Positions 1 through 9,033 of a stretch of DNA of 56,177 nt are shown piece by piece. The stretch spans positions 1-56,177 of the forward strand of contig JAZLCX010000131.1 in the NCBI GenBank assembly GCA_045614425.1, given 5' to 3'. The notes below the pieces were generated by a model that was not told the origin of the DNA, did not search any database, and worked only from the letters and a program-made list of their open reading frames with translations. The translations under genes and the position numbers were made by a program. The stretch's first letter is position 1; each line of letters opens with the position of its first letter. Source of the DNA: Eubacteriales bacterium. GTDB lineage: Bacteria > Bacillota > Clostridia > Oscillospirales > CAG-272.

Positions 1-734
1 TTGACGCTTGCGCCGACGGGGGGAGTTCTCTTTATCGCTTCCTCGTAGGTTTCGTGCTCGTAGCGAAGGCAGCACATAAGTCTGCCGCAAGCGCCCGATG
101 CCTTTGCGGAATTAAGCGAGAAATTCTGCTCCTTTGCCATCTTTATCGAAACCTGCACGAAATCGGTGAGGAATCCCGAGCAGCAGAATTTTCTTCCGCA
201 AATGCCGAGACCGCCCATCATCTTTGCCTCGTCGCGAATTCCTATCTGACGGAGCACGATTCTTGTTCTGAAGGTTGAGGCGAGGTCCTTTACAAGCTCG
301 CGGAAATCGACTCTGGTTTCGCAGGTGAAATAGAAGGTGAGCTTCGAGTTGTCAAAGGTATATTCAGCTGCAACAAGGCTCATATCGAGGCCGTGCTTCG
401 CTATTTTTTCCTTGCATAAGATTGCCGCGTCCATCTCAGCCTGGCGGTTCTTCCGATCTTTCTCAAGGTCGTCGGAGGTTGCCGGCCGTGTAATTTCTTT
501 AAGCGGAGTTACTATTTCCGACGAGGGAATGATTTTGTTCGGTAGCTTTACCGTTCCAATCTCAATACCGCGTGAGGTTTCAACTATAACGCGCTCGCCG
601 ACCGAAAGCTTATATTTACCGGGGGCAAAATAGTAAATCTTTCCTGCCTCGCGGAAATTAACACCTACGATTTCGGTGTTTTCCTCGGGCATCTCAGCCG
701 CGTTTGTTACGTTTATTTCTTTTTCTTCGGACAT
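1..734 (-). CDS. yaaT: PSP1/YaaT (RicT)-family protein; C-terminus lies beyond the window edge
   Basis: This ORF is not in the supplied track because it runs off the 5' edge. Hand translation of the minus strand from the ATG at 734-732 gives MSEEKEINVTNAAEMPEENTEIVGVNFREAGKIYYFAPGKYKLSVGERVIVETSRGIEIGTV...GICGRKFCCSGFL...CGRLMCCLRYEHETYEEA. That is the PSP1 domain with its Cys clusters. It lies directly downstream of holB, as in Bacillus. Confidence 0.85.
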   Translation of the reverse strand, partial: MSEEKEINVTNAAEMPEENTEIVGVNFREAGKIYYFAPGKYKLSVGERVIVETSRGIEIGTVKLPNKIIPSSEIVTPLKEITRPATSDDLEKDRKNRQAEMDAAILCKEKIAKHGLDMSLVAAEYTFDNSKLTFYFTCETRVDFRELVKDLASTFRTRIVLRQIGIRDEAKMMGGLGICGRKFCCSGFLTDFVQVSIKMAKEQNFSLNSAKASGACGRLMCCLRYEHETYEEAIKRTPPVGASV

Positions 735-749
735 TGTTTTTACCGTCCC

Positions 750-1793
750 TTACATTAATTTTATTCTTGCGCCCATATCCGCCACAATCGTAGAAATGCT
801 TACGTTGCCTTCGGCATCCTGAAGCGCTGATGTGAGCAGCTCGCAAATAGCGAGAATTCTTTTGGTATTCATATCCCTGCCTGCCTCGCGCACCTTGCTG
901 ACGGAGGGATAAAAGAGGAGCGTCACGTTACTGTCAAGCTTTGTCAAGATGATATCACGAAGCGCGCATATAACGTCCTCTATTGCCGTCTTGAATTCCG
1001 CTCGTCCCCCGGGAAGCTCGGAGAGCACCGAGTATAGCTCCGAATAGGGCACCGACGGGTGGAGGGCGTTTACGATTCGCTCGGTGAGAAGTCTGTCCTC
1101 CAGGTTTTCACGCCCCGCCTTGTCGCCGAGCAGCAAAAGAAGTCTTCCTATTCTTCCGTCGGAGGACATAATTATTTCGTCAAGCTCTCCCCCGCTCTTC
1201 GACCTCGCCTGCATCGGAGCTAAGCCGCTCGTCAGAAATTTTCTGAGGTCGCTTTGCGAGAAGCGCTCGGTTGCGATAAGCTGTGCGCGGCTCTTGACGG
1301 TCGTCAGTATCTTGTCGGTTGAGTCGGCAAGAAGCATTATATACACGTTTTTCGGCGGCTCTTCAAGTACGGTGAGAAGTGCGTTCTGTGCATTGGGCGT
1401 CAGCTTATCCGCCTCGTCAATTATATATATTTTGTTCGTCGATTCGTTCGGGGAAAGGAACATATCCTCTCTGAAAAGGCGTATTTCCTCTACGCCGAGA
1501 GTTGCCTTTCCGTCCTTTCGCGAGAGGTGCATAATATCGGTGAAGTTGCCGTCCTTGATTCTCCGACAGGTGTTGCACACACCGCAGGGAAGAGGCAGGT
1601 CGCCCTTTTCCCGATTTTCGCAGTTAAGCGCTGCCGAGATTTCAAGAGCGAGAGTTTTTTTGCCCGAGCCCAGAGGACCTGCGATAAGGAGTGCATGGGG
1701 AAGCGTTGCGCCCGTAATTGACGCAAAAAGACGTTTTTTCGTTCTTTCGTTTCCGTAAAGCGACGAGAAATGTTCTCTCATACGAGCCCCCAT
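750..1793 (-). CDS. holB: DNA polymerase III subunit delta-prime
   Basis: 347-aa ORF with P-loop-like GPLGSGKKT, zinc module CGVCNTCRRI, and clamp-loader motifs IIDEADKL and SRAQ. Confidence 0.9.
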   Translation of the reverse strand: MGARMREHFSSLYGNERTKKRLFASITGATLPHALLIAGPLGSGKKTLALEISAALNCENREKGDLPLPCGVCNTCRRIKDGNFTDIMHLSRKDGKATLGVEEIRLFREDMFLSPNESTNKIYIIDEADKLTPNAQNALLTVLEEPPKNVYIMLLADSTDKILTTVKSRAQLIATERFSQSDLRKFLTSGLAPMQARSKSGGELDEIIMSSDGRIGRLLLLLGDKAGRENLEDRLLTERIVNALHPSVPYSELYSVLSELPGGRAEFKTAIEDVICALRDIILTKLDSNVTLLFYPSVSKVREAGRDMNTKRILAICELLTSALQDAEGNVSISTIVADMGARIKLM

Positions 1794-1879
1794 TCTACCT
1801 AAAAATATACATATTTATTATATCAGTAAAACTCCGAAAAGTCAATGGTAGAATTTTTTAAATAAATATATAAAAAATA

Positions 1880-1908
1880 TTGTAAAACCGTAAAGATTAT
1901 GGTAAAAT
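1880..1908 (+). promoter_or_regulatory. Putative sigma-A promoter for metG (TTGTAA-17-TGgTAAAAT)
   Basis: -35 ttgtaa at 1880-1885, a 17-nt spacer ending in the extended TG, and -10 taaaat at 1903-1908. It sits about 90 nt upstream of the metG ATG. Confidence 0.45.
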
Positions 1909-1996
1909 AATTGTTAACAACGGTGATGCCGTCATTTGACGTATTTTGTTGAGCGGCGAACCAAAACGGCCTCATTTGGTCGGGATTGGAGATTTT

Positions 1997-3934
1997 ATGG
2001 AAAAGTTTTATCTTACTACGGCAATAGCCTATGCATCGAGGAAGCCTCATTTCGGCAATACCTACGAAATAATAATGGCGGATGCCTTCGCGCGTTTTCA
2101 GCGCAGAATGGGAAAGGATGTTTTTCTCTGTACGGGAACCGATGAGCACGGTCAGAAAATAGAAAATCTCGCCGCTGAAGCATCGCTCACGCCCAAGGCG
2201 TACGTTGACCGCGTCGCAGGTGAAATAAAGGGCATCTGGGACCTTATGAACACAAGCTACGATTACTTCATTCGCACGACCGATGATTATCACGAGAGTG
2301 CCGTTACGAAAATATTCAAGAAGTTTTACGACAAGGGCGATATATATAAGGGATATTACGAGGGCTGGTACTGCACCCCCTGCGAGTCCTTCTTTACCGA
2401 AACTCAGGTTGAGGGCGGAATGTGCCCCGACTGCGGCCGCCCCGTTTCGCAGGCGCGTGAGGAGGCTTACTTCTTCAAGATGTCGAAGTATGCCGACCGC
2501 CTTATAAAGCATATAGAGGACAACCCCGGCTTCATCGAGCCCGAAAGTCGCAAGAAGGAAATGATAAATAATTTCCTTAAGGCAGGTCTTCAGGACCTTT
2601 GCGTTTCGAGAACGTCGTTCAAGTGGGGAATTCCCGTTGACTTCGACCCGAAGCACGTTGTTTACGTATGGCTTGATGCTCTTACGAACTATATAACCGC
2701 CCTCGGCTACGACCCCGACAAGTCCTACGAGGAGCAGAACGAAAAATTCAAGAAATACTGGCCCTGCGACGTTCATATAATCGGCAAGGATATCTTAAGA
2801 TTCCATACTATATACTGGCCCATATTCCTTATGGCGCTTGAGCTTCCGCTTCCGAAAAAGGTGTTCGGACATCCCTGGTTTAACTTCGGAAACGACAAGA
2901 TGAGTAAATCCAAGGGCAACGTCGTGTTTGCCGACGAGCTTGCCGAAACCTTCGGTGTTGACGGCGTGCGCTACTACGCGCTTTCCGAAATGCCCTATGC
3001 TTCGGACGGCTCAATAACCTATGAGAGCGTTATTTCGAGATATAATAACGACCTCGCAAACAACCTCGGAAACCTCGTCAGCAGAACACACGCGATGACC
3101 AAAAAGTATTTCGACGGCATCGTTCCCGCACCCAATGCTGAGGAGGCGATTGACGGTGAGCTTAAGGCGGCTGTCGCTGAGGCGGTAAAGACTTCTCGCG
3201 AGCTTATGAATGCATTCCGCGTAGCAGATTCGCTCGAGGCTATATTTGCAATGTTAAGACGCGCAAACAAGTACATTGACGAAACTATGCCCTGGGCACT
3301 TGCAAAGAATGAAGCCGACCGCCCCCGTCTTGCAACGGTTATATATAACCTTCTCGAAGTAATAAGAGTCGGCGCGGCACTTCTCGTTCCTTATATTCCC
3401 TCGACCTCGGAGGCTATATTCAAGCAGCTCGCAACCGACGTTACCGATTACAGCACCCTTGAATCCTTTGGCGGCCTTGTCGCAGGTAAGCCTCTCGGTG
3501 AGTCATTCGTGCTTTTCCAGAGAATAGACGAGAAGAAATTCCTCGAAGAGATGGAGGCAAAGCGCATAGCTGCAGAGGCTAAGGCAGCCCCCGTTGAAGA
3601 GCCCGAGCACGAGGCGGAAATCGGTATAGAATCCTTTGGCGCGGTAGAGCTCAGAGTTGCGGAGATTCTCGCGTGCGAGCCTGTACCGAAGGCTAAAAAG
3701 CTTTTGAAATTGCAGGTTGACCTCGGCTATGAGAAGCGTCAGGTCGTTTCCGGAATAGCTAAATTCTATAAGCCGGATGAGCTCGTCGGCAAAAAGGTTA
3801 TTATAGTAGCAAACTTAAAGCCCGCAAAGCTTTGCGGTGTCGAGAGCTATGGAATGCTTCTCGCTTCGGGCGAAGAGGACGTTAAGGTGGTATTCCTCGA
3901 CAAGGATGCGAAAAACGGAGACAGAGTACACTGA
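1997..3934 (+). CDS. metG: Methionine--tRNA ligase with C-terminal tRNA-binding (EMAP/Trbp111-like) domain
   Basis: The track ORF is 1946..3934. I prefer the internal ATG at 1997 (MEKFYLTTAIAYASRKPHFGNTYE, preceded by ggattggag). Class I motifs are present: a HIGH-like PHFGNTYE, KMSKS, and the zinc knuckle CTPCESF...CPDCGRP. The C-terminus reads VELRVAEILACEPVPKAKKLLKLQVDLG. Confidence 0.95.
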   Translation: MEKFYLTTAIAYASRKPHFGNTYEIIMADAFARFQRRMGKDVFLCTGTDEHGQKIENLAAEASLTPKAYVDRVAGEIKGIWDLMNTSYDYFIRTTDDYHESAVTKIFKKFYDKGDIYKGYYEGWYCTPCESFFTETQVEGGMCPDCGRPVSQAREEAYFFKMSKYADRLIKHIEDNPGFIEPESRKKEMINNFLKAGLQDLCVSRTSFKWGIPVDFDPKHVVYVWLDALTNYITALGYDPDKSYEEQNEKFKKYWPCDVHIIGKDILRFHTIYWPIFLMALELPLPKKVFGHPWFNFGNDKMSKSKGNVVFADELAETFGVDGVRYYALSEMPYASDGSITYESVISRYNNDLANNLGNLVSRTHAMTKKYFDGIVPAPNAEEAIDGELKAAVAEAVKTSRELMNAFRVADSLEAIFAMLRRANKYIDETMPWALAKNEADRPRLATVIYNLLEVIRVGAALLVPYIPSTSEAIFKQLATDVTDYSTLESFGGLVAGKPLGESFVLFQRIDEKKFLEEMEAKRIAAEAKAAPVEEPEHEAEIGIESFGAVELRVAEILACEPVPKAKKLLKLQVDLGYEKRQVVSGIAKFYKPDELVGKKVIIVANLKPAKLCGVESYGMLLASGEEDVKVVFLDKDAKNGDRVH

Positions 3935-4722
3935 TGAAATATTTTGATTCACACGCCCATTACTATGACGAGCGCTTTGAATCCGAATGTAAAGAGGGCG
4001 TCGATAATCTTATCGACGCCCTCCTCGCAGGCAGCGTGTCATTTATTATAAATGTGGGCACATCACCCGAAACCTCACGCCTTGCTATAAACCAGGCTAA
4101 AAAACACGGGAATATGTACACTGCAGTTGGCATTCATCCCTCGGATTCGCAGTATCTCGGCGTGGGGCTTGACGAGGCTCTTTCGGACATTGAGGCGCTT
4201 ATAAAAAATCCCGAAAACAAGTGTGTCTGCCTTGGCGAAATAGGTCTTGATTATCACTATCCCGATACCGACAAGGATTGCCAGATGAAATATTTCAAGG
4301 CGCAGATGGCTCTTGCCGAAAGGCTCTCAATCCCCGTATCAATACACGACAGAGAGGCGCACGGAGACGTAATGGAGGTTATAAGAAGCTTCCCTCGGGT
4401 CCGCGGTGTTCTTCACAGCTTCTCGGGCTCGCCCGAAATGGCAAAGGAGCTTATCGGTCTCGGTTATATGATTTCTTTTTCCGGCACCGTTACGTTCACC
4501 AACGCAAAACGGCCGAGGGAGGTTGCCGCTTCCTTGCCGAAGGAGTCGGTGCTTATAGAAACCGACGCCCCTTACCTCGCTCCGCACCCGAACAGAGGAA
4601 AGCTTAATCATTCGGGTTATCTTGAATTCACAAACGGCATTCTTGCCGAGTGCCTCGGAATTTCCGCCGAGGAGTGCGCGGCTGTGACCGAGGAAAACGC
4701 AAGAAGATTCTTCGGAATTTAA
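3934..4722 (+). CDS. tatD: TatD-family metal-dependent hydrolase/DNase
   Basis: 262 aa with FDSHAHY, GEIGLDYHY, SIHDREAH, VLHSFSG and ETDAPYL motifs. The start overlaps the metG stop (TGATG). Confidence 0.9.
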   Translation: MKYFDSHAHYYDERFESECKEGVDNLIDALLAGSVSFIINVGTSPETSRLAINQAKKHGNMYTAVGIHPSDSQYLGVGLDEALSDIEALIKNPENKCVCLGEIGLDYHYPDTDKDCQMKYFKAQMALAERLSIPVSIHDREAHGDVMEVIRSFPRVRGVLHSFSGSPEMAKELIGLGYMISFSGTVTFTNAKRPREVAASLPKESVLIETDAPYLAPHPNRGKLNHSGYLEFTNGILAECLGISAEECAAVTEENARRFFGI

Positions 4723-5885
4723 TCTATATACGGACGGGGATGGCAGAACATCGTATGGAACATCATAAGATATTCTATCGGTATTTGCATAATATCAAAG
4801 CTTATTCCCATAAAGCCAAGCTCGGATAAAAGCTCGAGCTTGGCTTTTATATTTTCGGGGGACTCGTATGCGACTCTCACCGATTTTTTCTCTCCGCCCT
4901 CGTATCTGTTAAAGTTGAAGTGGTTTATCATGCTCCCCGTGTCGTATAAAATCTCCTGTCCCGAGGAATATGCGAGCCTTTTTGCATCCTTTTGGCTAAG
5001 CTCCTCATCGTCCATATATGCGAATGAAGGTATGTCTATATAAGCGCGTCTTGCTTCGCCTCGCTCTGCAAATGACGTCATGACCCGCCTCTCACCGTCT
5101 TCGAATGAGGGAATTATCGGAAGATGTGCCTTTTCGTACATTATTACGTATCCGTCACACGACTCGGGAATTTCCGTATCGGAATTGCCGTCAAGCTCGT
5201 AAAAGAGCAATAATCCGTTTTCTGAAAGCCTTGCCTTCATATTTTTTATAAATTCCGAAAGTGCCTCGGGCGACTCTTTTGCCGCTCTGTACGCCGCGAG
5301 CGTTATGCCCCTATATCCTCTTGATTTCGCCACGTCGATAAGCGTATTGAGGTATCCCTCGGAAAAATCCTCGCCCTCGTCGTAGACTCGGATAAGAGGG
5401 ATTTTTTTATTTTCCTTTGCGGCCTTTAGGACTTCATCGTCGGAAAAGAGCATTTTTATTTTATCGCCCTCGCGTTTGGCGGCGGAAACGGTGATATAGG
5501 TGAGATAGGGCAGGGCAAGCGCAAGGCGGTCGGGCGTTGTGCTTTTGTAATAATATCCGTTGGCGTATGCCGAACCGTACGGAGCCGTGTCGTATTTTAT
5601 CGCTATAAGCTGACCGGGATATATTTTGTCCGTACCCGAAAGGTAGGGGTTGTTAGCGAGGAGATTTTCGTACGTTACGTCAAATCTGTCGGCTATTTTA
5701 TCAAGGGTATCAGAGCCTCTTACGCTGTAGGTCCTCGTCGGATTAAGTATGAGAAGCTTTTCTCCGACGACGAGTCTGTCGGGGTTTTCAAGCTCGTTAT
5801 TTTCAATTATTTTCATCGGTGAGGTCGCGTGCTGTCTTGCAATTTTGAAAATAGTATCGCCGGCTTTAACTGTATGAATTTTCAT
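4719..5885 (-). CDS. Two-LysM, GH18-like (YaaH/SleL-like) protein, apparently without the GH18 catalytic motif
   Basis: The track ORF is 4719..5933. I prefer the ATG at 5885 (MKIHTVKAGDTIFKIA), which follows aggaaagga. Two LysM repeats (HTVKAGDTIFKIARQH..., YSVRGSDTLDKIADRF...) precede a TIM-barrel-like region. I could not find a DxxDxDxE motif by eye. Confidence 0.7.
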   Translation of the reverse strand: MKIHTVKAGDTIFKIARQHATSPMKIIENNELENPDRLVVGEKLLILNPTRTYSVRGSDTLDKIADRFDVTYENLLANNPYLSGTDKIYPGQLIAIKYDTAPYGSAYANGYYYKSTTPDRLALALPYLTYITVSAAKREGDKIKMLFSDDEVLKAAKENKKIPLIRVYDEGEDFSEGYLNTLIDVAKSRGYRGITLAAYRAAKESPEALSEFIKNMKARLSENGLLLFYELDGNSDTEIPESCDGYVIMYEKAHLPIIPSFEDGERRVMTSFAERGEARRAYIDIPSFAYMDDEELSQKDAKRLAYSSGQEILYDTGSMINHFNFNRYEGGEKKSVRVAYESPENIKAKLELLSELGFMGISFDIMQIPIEYLMMFHTMFCHPRPYID

Positions 5886-5989
5886 AGGTCGTATCCTTTC
5901 CTTTTTTATTTGTATTTTATTCCTTTTCTGCATTACTCGTTACGCCTTTGGGTATAATCATACCGAAAAAATAAAAAGGAGAGTGCGAA

Positions 5990-7246
5990 ATGAAACAAAT
6001 AAGCCGAATATATGCAAGAGAGATTCTTGATTCAAGGGGAAACCCTACGGTGGAGGCGGAGGTCACACTGACTGACGGAACTGTTGCCGCGGCTAGCGTC
6101 CCATCAGGCGCATCAACGGGAAAGCACGAGGCGGCAGAGCTTCGCGACACAGAGCTTGAGAGGTATCACAGACGCGGTGTTATGACGGCGGTAAGCAACG
6201 TAAACGAGAAAATAGACCCGGCGCTTGTCGGCATCGACGTTACCGATATTGATGAGGCGGATTCGGTCATGATAGCCCTTGACGGCACGTACAATAAATC
6301 CGTTCTCGGCGCTAATGCCACTCTCGCGGTGTCCATAGCAATTCTTAAGGCGGGAGCTACGTCGTTCGGCATGCCGCTTTACAAATATCTCGGCGGTGCG
6401 CTTGTCGGGAAAATGCCCGTGCCTATGATGAATATATTAAACGGCGGAGCGCACGCCGCGAACAATATTGATATTCAGGAGTTTATGATAATACCCACTG
6501 GCGCATCGGGATTTTCGCACGGAGTGCGTATGTGCTCCGAGGTATATCACACTCTTAAAAATATACTTTCGTCAAAGGGACTGTCGACGGCTGTCGGAGA
6601 CGAGGGCGGCTTTGCGCCGCTTCTTCCGTCGGATGAGGATGCAATAAAAATAGTAATTGAGGCAATAGAAAAAACCGGCTACAAGGCCGGTGAGGATTTT
6701 ATGCTTGGACTTGATGCCGCTTCGTCCGAATGGTACGTAGACGGCGGATACGTGCTGCCGAAAAGACAGATTCGTTATACTGCGGATGAGCTTGTTTCAT
6801 ACTTTGACGGGTTATGTGATAAGTATCCGATTCTGAGTATAGAGGATGCCGTCGGTGAGGACGACACGTACGGCTGGAAAAGACTCACCGAAAGACTTGG
6901 GGAGAGGTGTATTCTCGTAGGAGACGACCTTTTTGTTACGGATGAGGAGCGGATTGTACGGGCAATGTCGGAAAAGGTTGCCAATGCCGTACTCATAAAG
7001 CCGAATCAGGTGGGAACCGTAACCGAGTGCGCCGACGCTGTATTTTCCGCAAAGGCGGGCGGCTACAAAACAGTAATGTCGCACAGAAGCGGCGACACCG
7101 AGGACACCTTTATCGCCGACCTGGCCGTCGCCTTATCCTGTGATTTTATAAAATCGGGTGCGCCCGCAAGAGCCGAGCGCACCGCAAAGTATAACAGACT
7201 TATGAAAATTGAGGAGGAGCTATTCTCTTCAAATTACGGTATTTAA
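5990..7246 (+). CDS. eno: Enolase (phosphopyruvate hydratase)
   Basis: 418 aa with ILDSRGNPTVEAEV, GDEGGFAP, SIEDA, VGDDLFVT, IKPNQVGT and SHRSGDTED. RBS aaaggagag lies upstream. Confidence 0.95.
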   Translation: MKQISRIYAREILDSRGNPTVEAEVTLTDGTVAAASVPSGASTGKHEAAELRDTELERYHRRGVMTAVSNVNEKIDPALVGIDVTDIDEADSVMIALDGTYNKSVLGANATLAVSIAILKAGATSFGMPLYKYLGGALVGKMPVPMMNILNGGAHAANNIDIQEFMIIPTGASGFSHGVRMCSEVYHTLKNILSSKGLSTAVGDEGGFAPLLPSDEDAIKIVIEAIEKTGYKAGEDFMLGLDAASSEWYVDGGYVLPKRQIRYTADELVSYFDGLCDKYPILSIEDAVGEDDTYGWKRLTERLGERCILVGDDLFVTDEERIVRAMSEKVANAVLIKPNQVGTVTECADAVFSAKAGGYKTVMSHRSGDTEDTFIADLAVALSCDFIKSGAPARAERTAKYNRLMKIEEELFSSNYGI

Positions 7247-7251
7247 AATTC

Positions 7252-8631
7252 TTACTTCAGAAAGCGGCGGAGAAGCTTCTTTGAAAATTCGCTTTTATAG
7301 GGGCGGTATCTCATCGGAAGGTCGATAAAGGTCTTTTTGTCAACTATGCTTTTTGTGTGAGAGAAGCTGTCAAAGCCCACCTTTCCGTGATATGCGCCCA
7401 TACCGCTCTCACCTACACCGCCAAATCCGAGATTGCTTGTGGCAAGGTGAATGACGGTATCGTTTATGCAGCCGCCGCCAAAGGATATTTTTCTTACAGC
7501 CTCACGCGCTCTTTTTCTATCCTCTGTGAAAAGATAGAGTGCGAGGGGCTTTTCTCTTTCCGAAAGTATTTTGTAAACCTCATCAAAGGAGTCGAACGAG
7601 ACGATGGGAAGAATAGGGCCGAAAATTTCCTCGCCCATAACCGCATCGTCAAAGCTTACGTTGTCCATAACGGTAGGAGCTATTTTCAGCGAGCTTTCGT
7701 TATACTCGCCGCCATAGACCACCTTTTCGCTTGAAATTAAGGAAAGAATTCTCGAAAAATGCTTTTCATTTATGATTTTTCCGTATTCGCTGTTTTCAAG
7801 TGGGTTATCTCCGCACTGCGCTTTTATTTCACGGATAATTTCACGCACAAGCTCGTCCTTTACCGATTTCTGACATAGAATATAGTCGGGCGCAACGCAG
7901 GTCTGCCCCGCATTAAGAAGCTTGCCGAAAACGATTCTTTTTGCCGCAAGGGGAATTTTTGCCGTTTCGTCAACTATAGAGGGACTCTTTCCGCCAAGCT
8001 CAAGCACGGCGGGTGTGAGATTTTCGGCGGCACGCCTTAGCACCTCTTTTCCAACCGACTGACTTCCCGTAAAGAAGATAAAATCGAATTTTTCCGAGAG
8101 AAGAGCCGCGTTTTCACGTCGGCCGCCACTGACCGTGGCGACGTATTCATCGGGGAAAATTTTTCCGAGCATATCCGAAATAAGCGCGCTTACGTTAGGT
8201 GCGTAGGCGCTCGGCTTGACTATGGCAGTGTTGCCCGCCGCAATCGCAGTGGCAAGAGGTGTCACAGTCAGAAGAAAGGGGTAATTCCAGGGGCTCATTA
8301 TAAGGGTATTTCCGTACGGCGTGCGTATCTCATAGCTTTTTGCCGCAAACTGTGCAATTGGTGTTTTTACCCGCCTTGGCTTTGCGAATTTTTTCGTGTT
8401 CTTTATGAGATAGGATATTTCGGAGAGCGAGAGTCCCACCTCGCACATATAGCTTTCATACTCGCTTTTTCCAAGGTCAAGCCTCAGCGCCTCAAAAATT
8501 GCCTCTTCATTTTCTTTTACGGCAAGGTAGAGTTTTTTCAGCATATCAATCCTGAAGCTTACGGGAAGCGTTCTTCCGGAACTGAAAAAATCTCTTTGCC
8601 TTTTTAAGATTTCTTTTACGTTAATTTCCAT
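7252..8631 (-). CDS. NAD(P)+-dependent aldehyde dehydrogenase (class-3-like)
   Basis: 459 aa with the ALDH glutamate motif LELGGKSP, the catalytic Cys region NAGQTCVAPDY, and EEIFGPILP. Confidence 0.85.
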   Translation of the reverse strand: MEINVKEILKRQRDFFSSGRTLPVSFRIDMLKKLYLAVKENEEAIFEALRLDLGKSEYESYMCEVGLSLSEISYLIKNTKKFAKPRRVKTPIAQFAAKSYEIRTPYGNTLIMSPWNYPFLLTVTPLATAIAAGNTAIVKPSAYAPNVSALISDMLGKIFPDEYVATVSGGRRENAALLSEKFDFIFFTGSQSVGKEVLRRAAENLTPAVLELGGKSPSIVDETAKIPLAAKRIVFGKLLNAGQTCVAPDYILCQKSVKDELVREIIREIKAQCGDNPLENSEYGKIINEKHFSRILSLISSEKVVYGGEYNESSLKIAPTVMDNVSFDDAVMGEEIFGPILPIVSFDSFDEVYKILSEREKPLALYLFTEDRKRAREAVRKISFGGGCINDTVIHLATSNLGFGGVGESGMGAYHGKVGFDSFSHTKSIVDKKTFIDLPMRYRPYKSEFSKKLLRRFLK

Positions 8632-8699
8632 AATTCATACCCCCGATTTGAATATATCATAAATCCGCCTCCAAGTCAATAAATAAAGAGAAAATCCAC

Positions 8700-8728
8700 T
8701 TGCAAAAAAAATATATATATGATATACT
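8700..8728 (+). promoter_or_regulatory. Putative sigma-A promoter (TTGCAA-17-TGaTATACT) for the PqqD-like/peptidase pair
   Basis: -35 ttgcaa at 8700-8705, 17-nt spacer, extended TG at 8720-8721, and -10 tatact at 8723-8728. It is 30 nt upstream of the ATG at 8758. Confidence 0.5.
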
Positions 8729-8757
8729 AATCTCATCAAGGTGTTTGGAGATTTGCG

Positions 8758-9030
8758 ATGAAAATAAAAAGCGGATTTGTACTCGAAGAGGTCGCAGGCT
8801 CATATCTTGCCGTAGCTGTCGGCGAGAGTGCGGCTGATTTTAACGGAATGGTAAGACTTAACGCCACGGGCGCTTTCCTTTGGAAGATTCTTAAGGAAAA
8901 GGACGTCAGCCGTGACGAGCTTGTCAAAGAGGTTGTCGCAGCCTACGACGGTGTTACCGAAAATGACGTTCTTCCCGGAATTGTCGCATTTGAAGAGAAG
9001 CTTCGCGGCGCGGGAATAATAGAGGACTAG
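8758..9030 (+). CDS. PqqD-family protein (RiPP-recognition-element-like peptide chaperone)
   Basis: 90 aa. The pattern ...FVLEEVAGSYLAVAVGE...MVRLNATGAFLWKILKEKDVSRDELVKEVVAAYDGVTENDVLPGIVAFEEKLRGAGII matches the PqqD fold signature (LN.tg..iW..l....t..el...l...y.v......dv..f...L...g.i). Confidence 0.75.
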   Translation: MKIKSGFVLEEVAGSYLAVAVGESAADFNGMVRLNATGAFLWKILKEKDVSRDELVKEVVAAYDGVTENDVLPGIVAFEEKLRGAGIIED

Positions 9031-9033
9031 GCG

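Noticed and set aside
1794-1996. T-box, riboswitch or attenuator leaders upstream of metG, the aro operon (18195-18245), trkA (22935-23100) and nifS.
   Set aside because: The leaders are short, about 50-90 nt. I could not find a T-box specifier/antiterminator pattern, a c-di-AMP (ydaO-type) structure or an S-box-like conserved structure by eye. I made no claim.
1823-2776. 317-aa minus-strand ORF antisense to metG, plus several shorter ORFs in the same region.
   Set aside because: It lies entirely inside and antisense to a gene with unmistakable MetRS motifs. Its composition is low-complexity, and it has no RBS and no recognisable domain. It is a shadow ORF.
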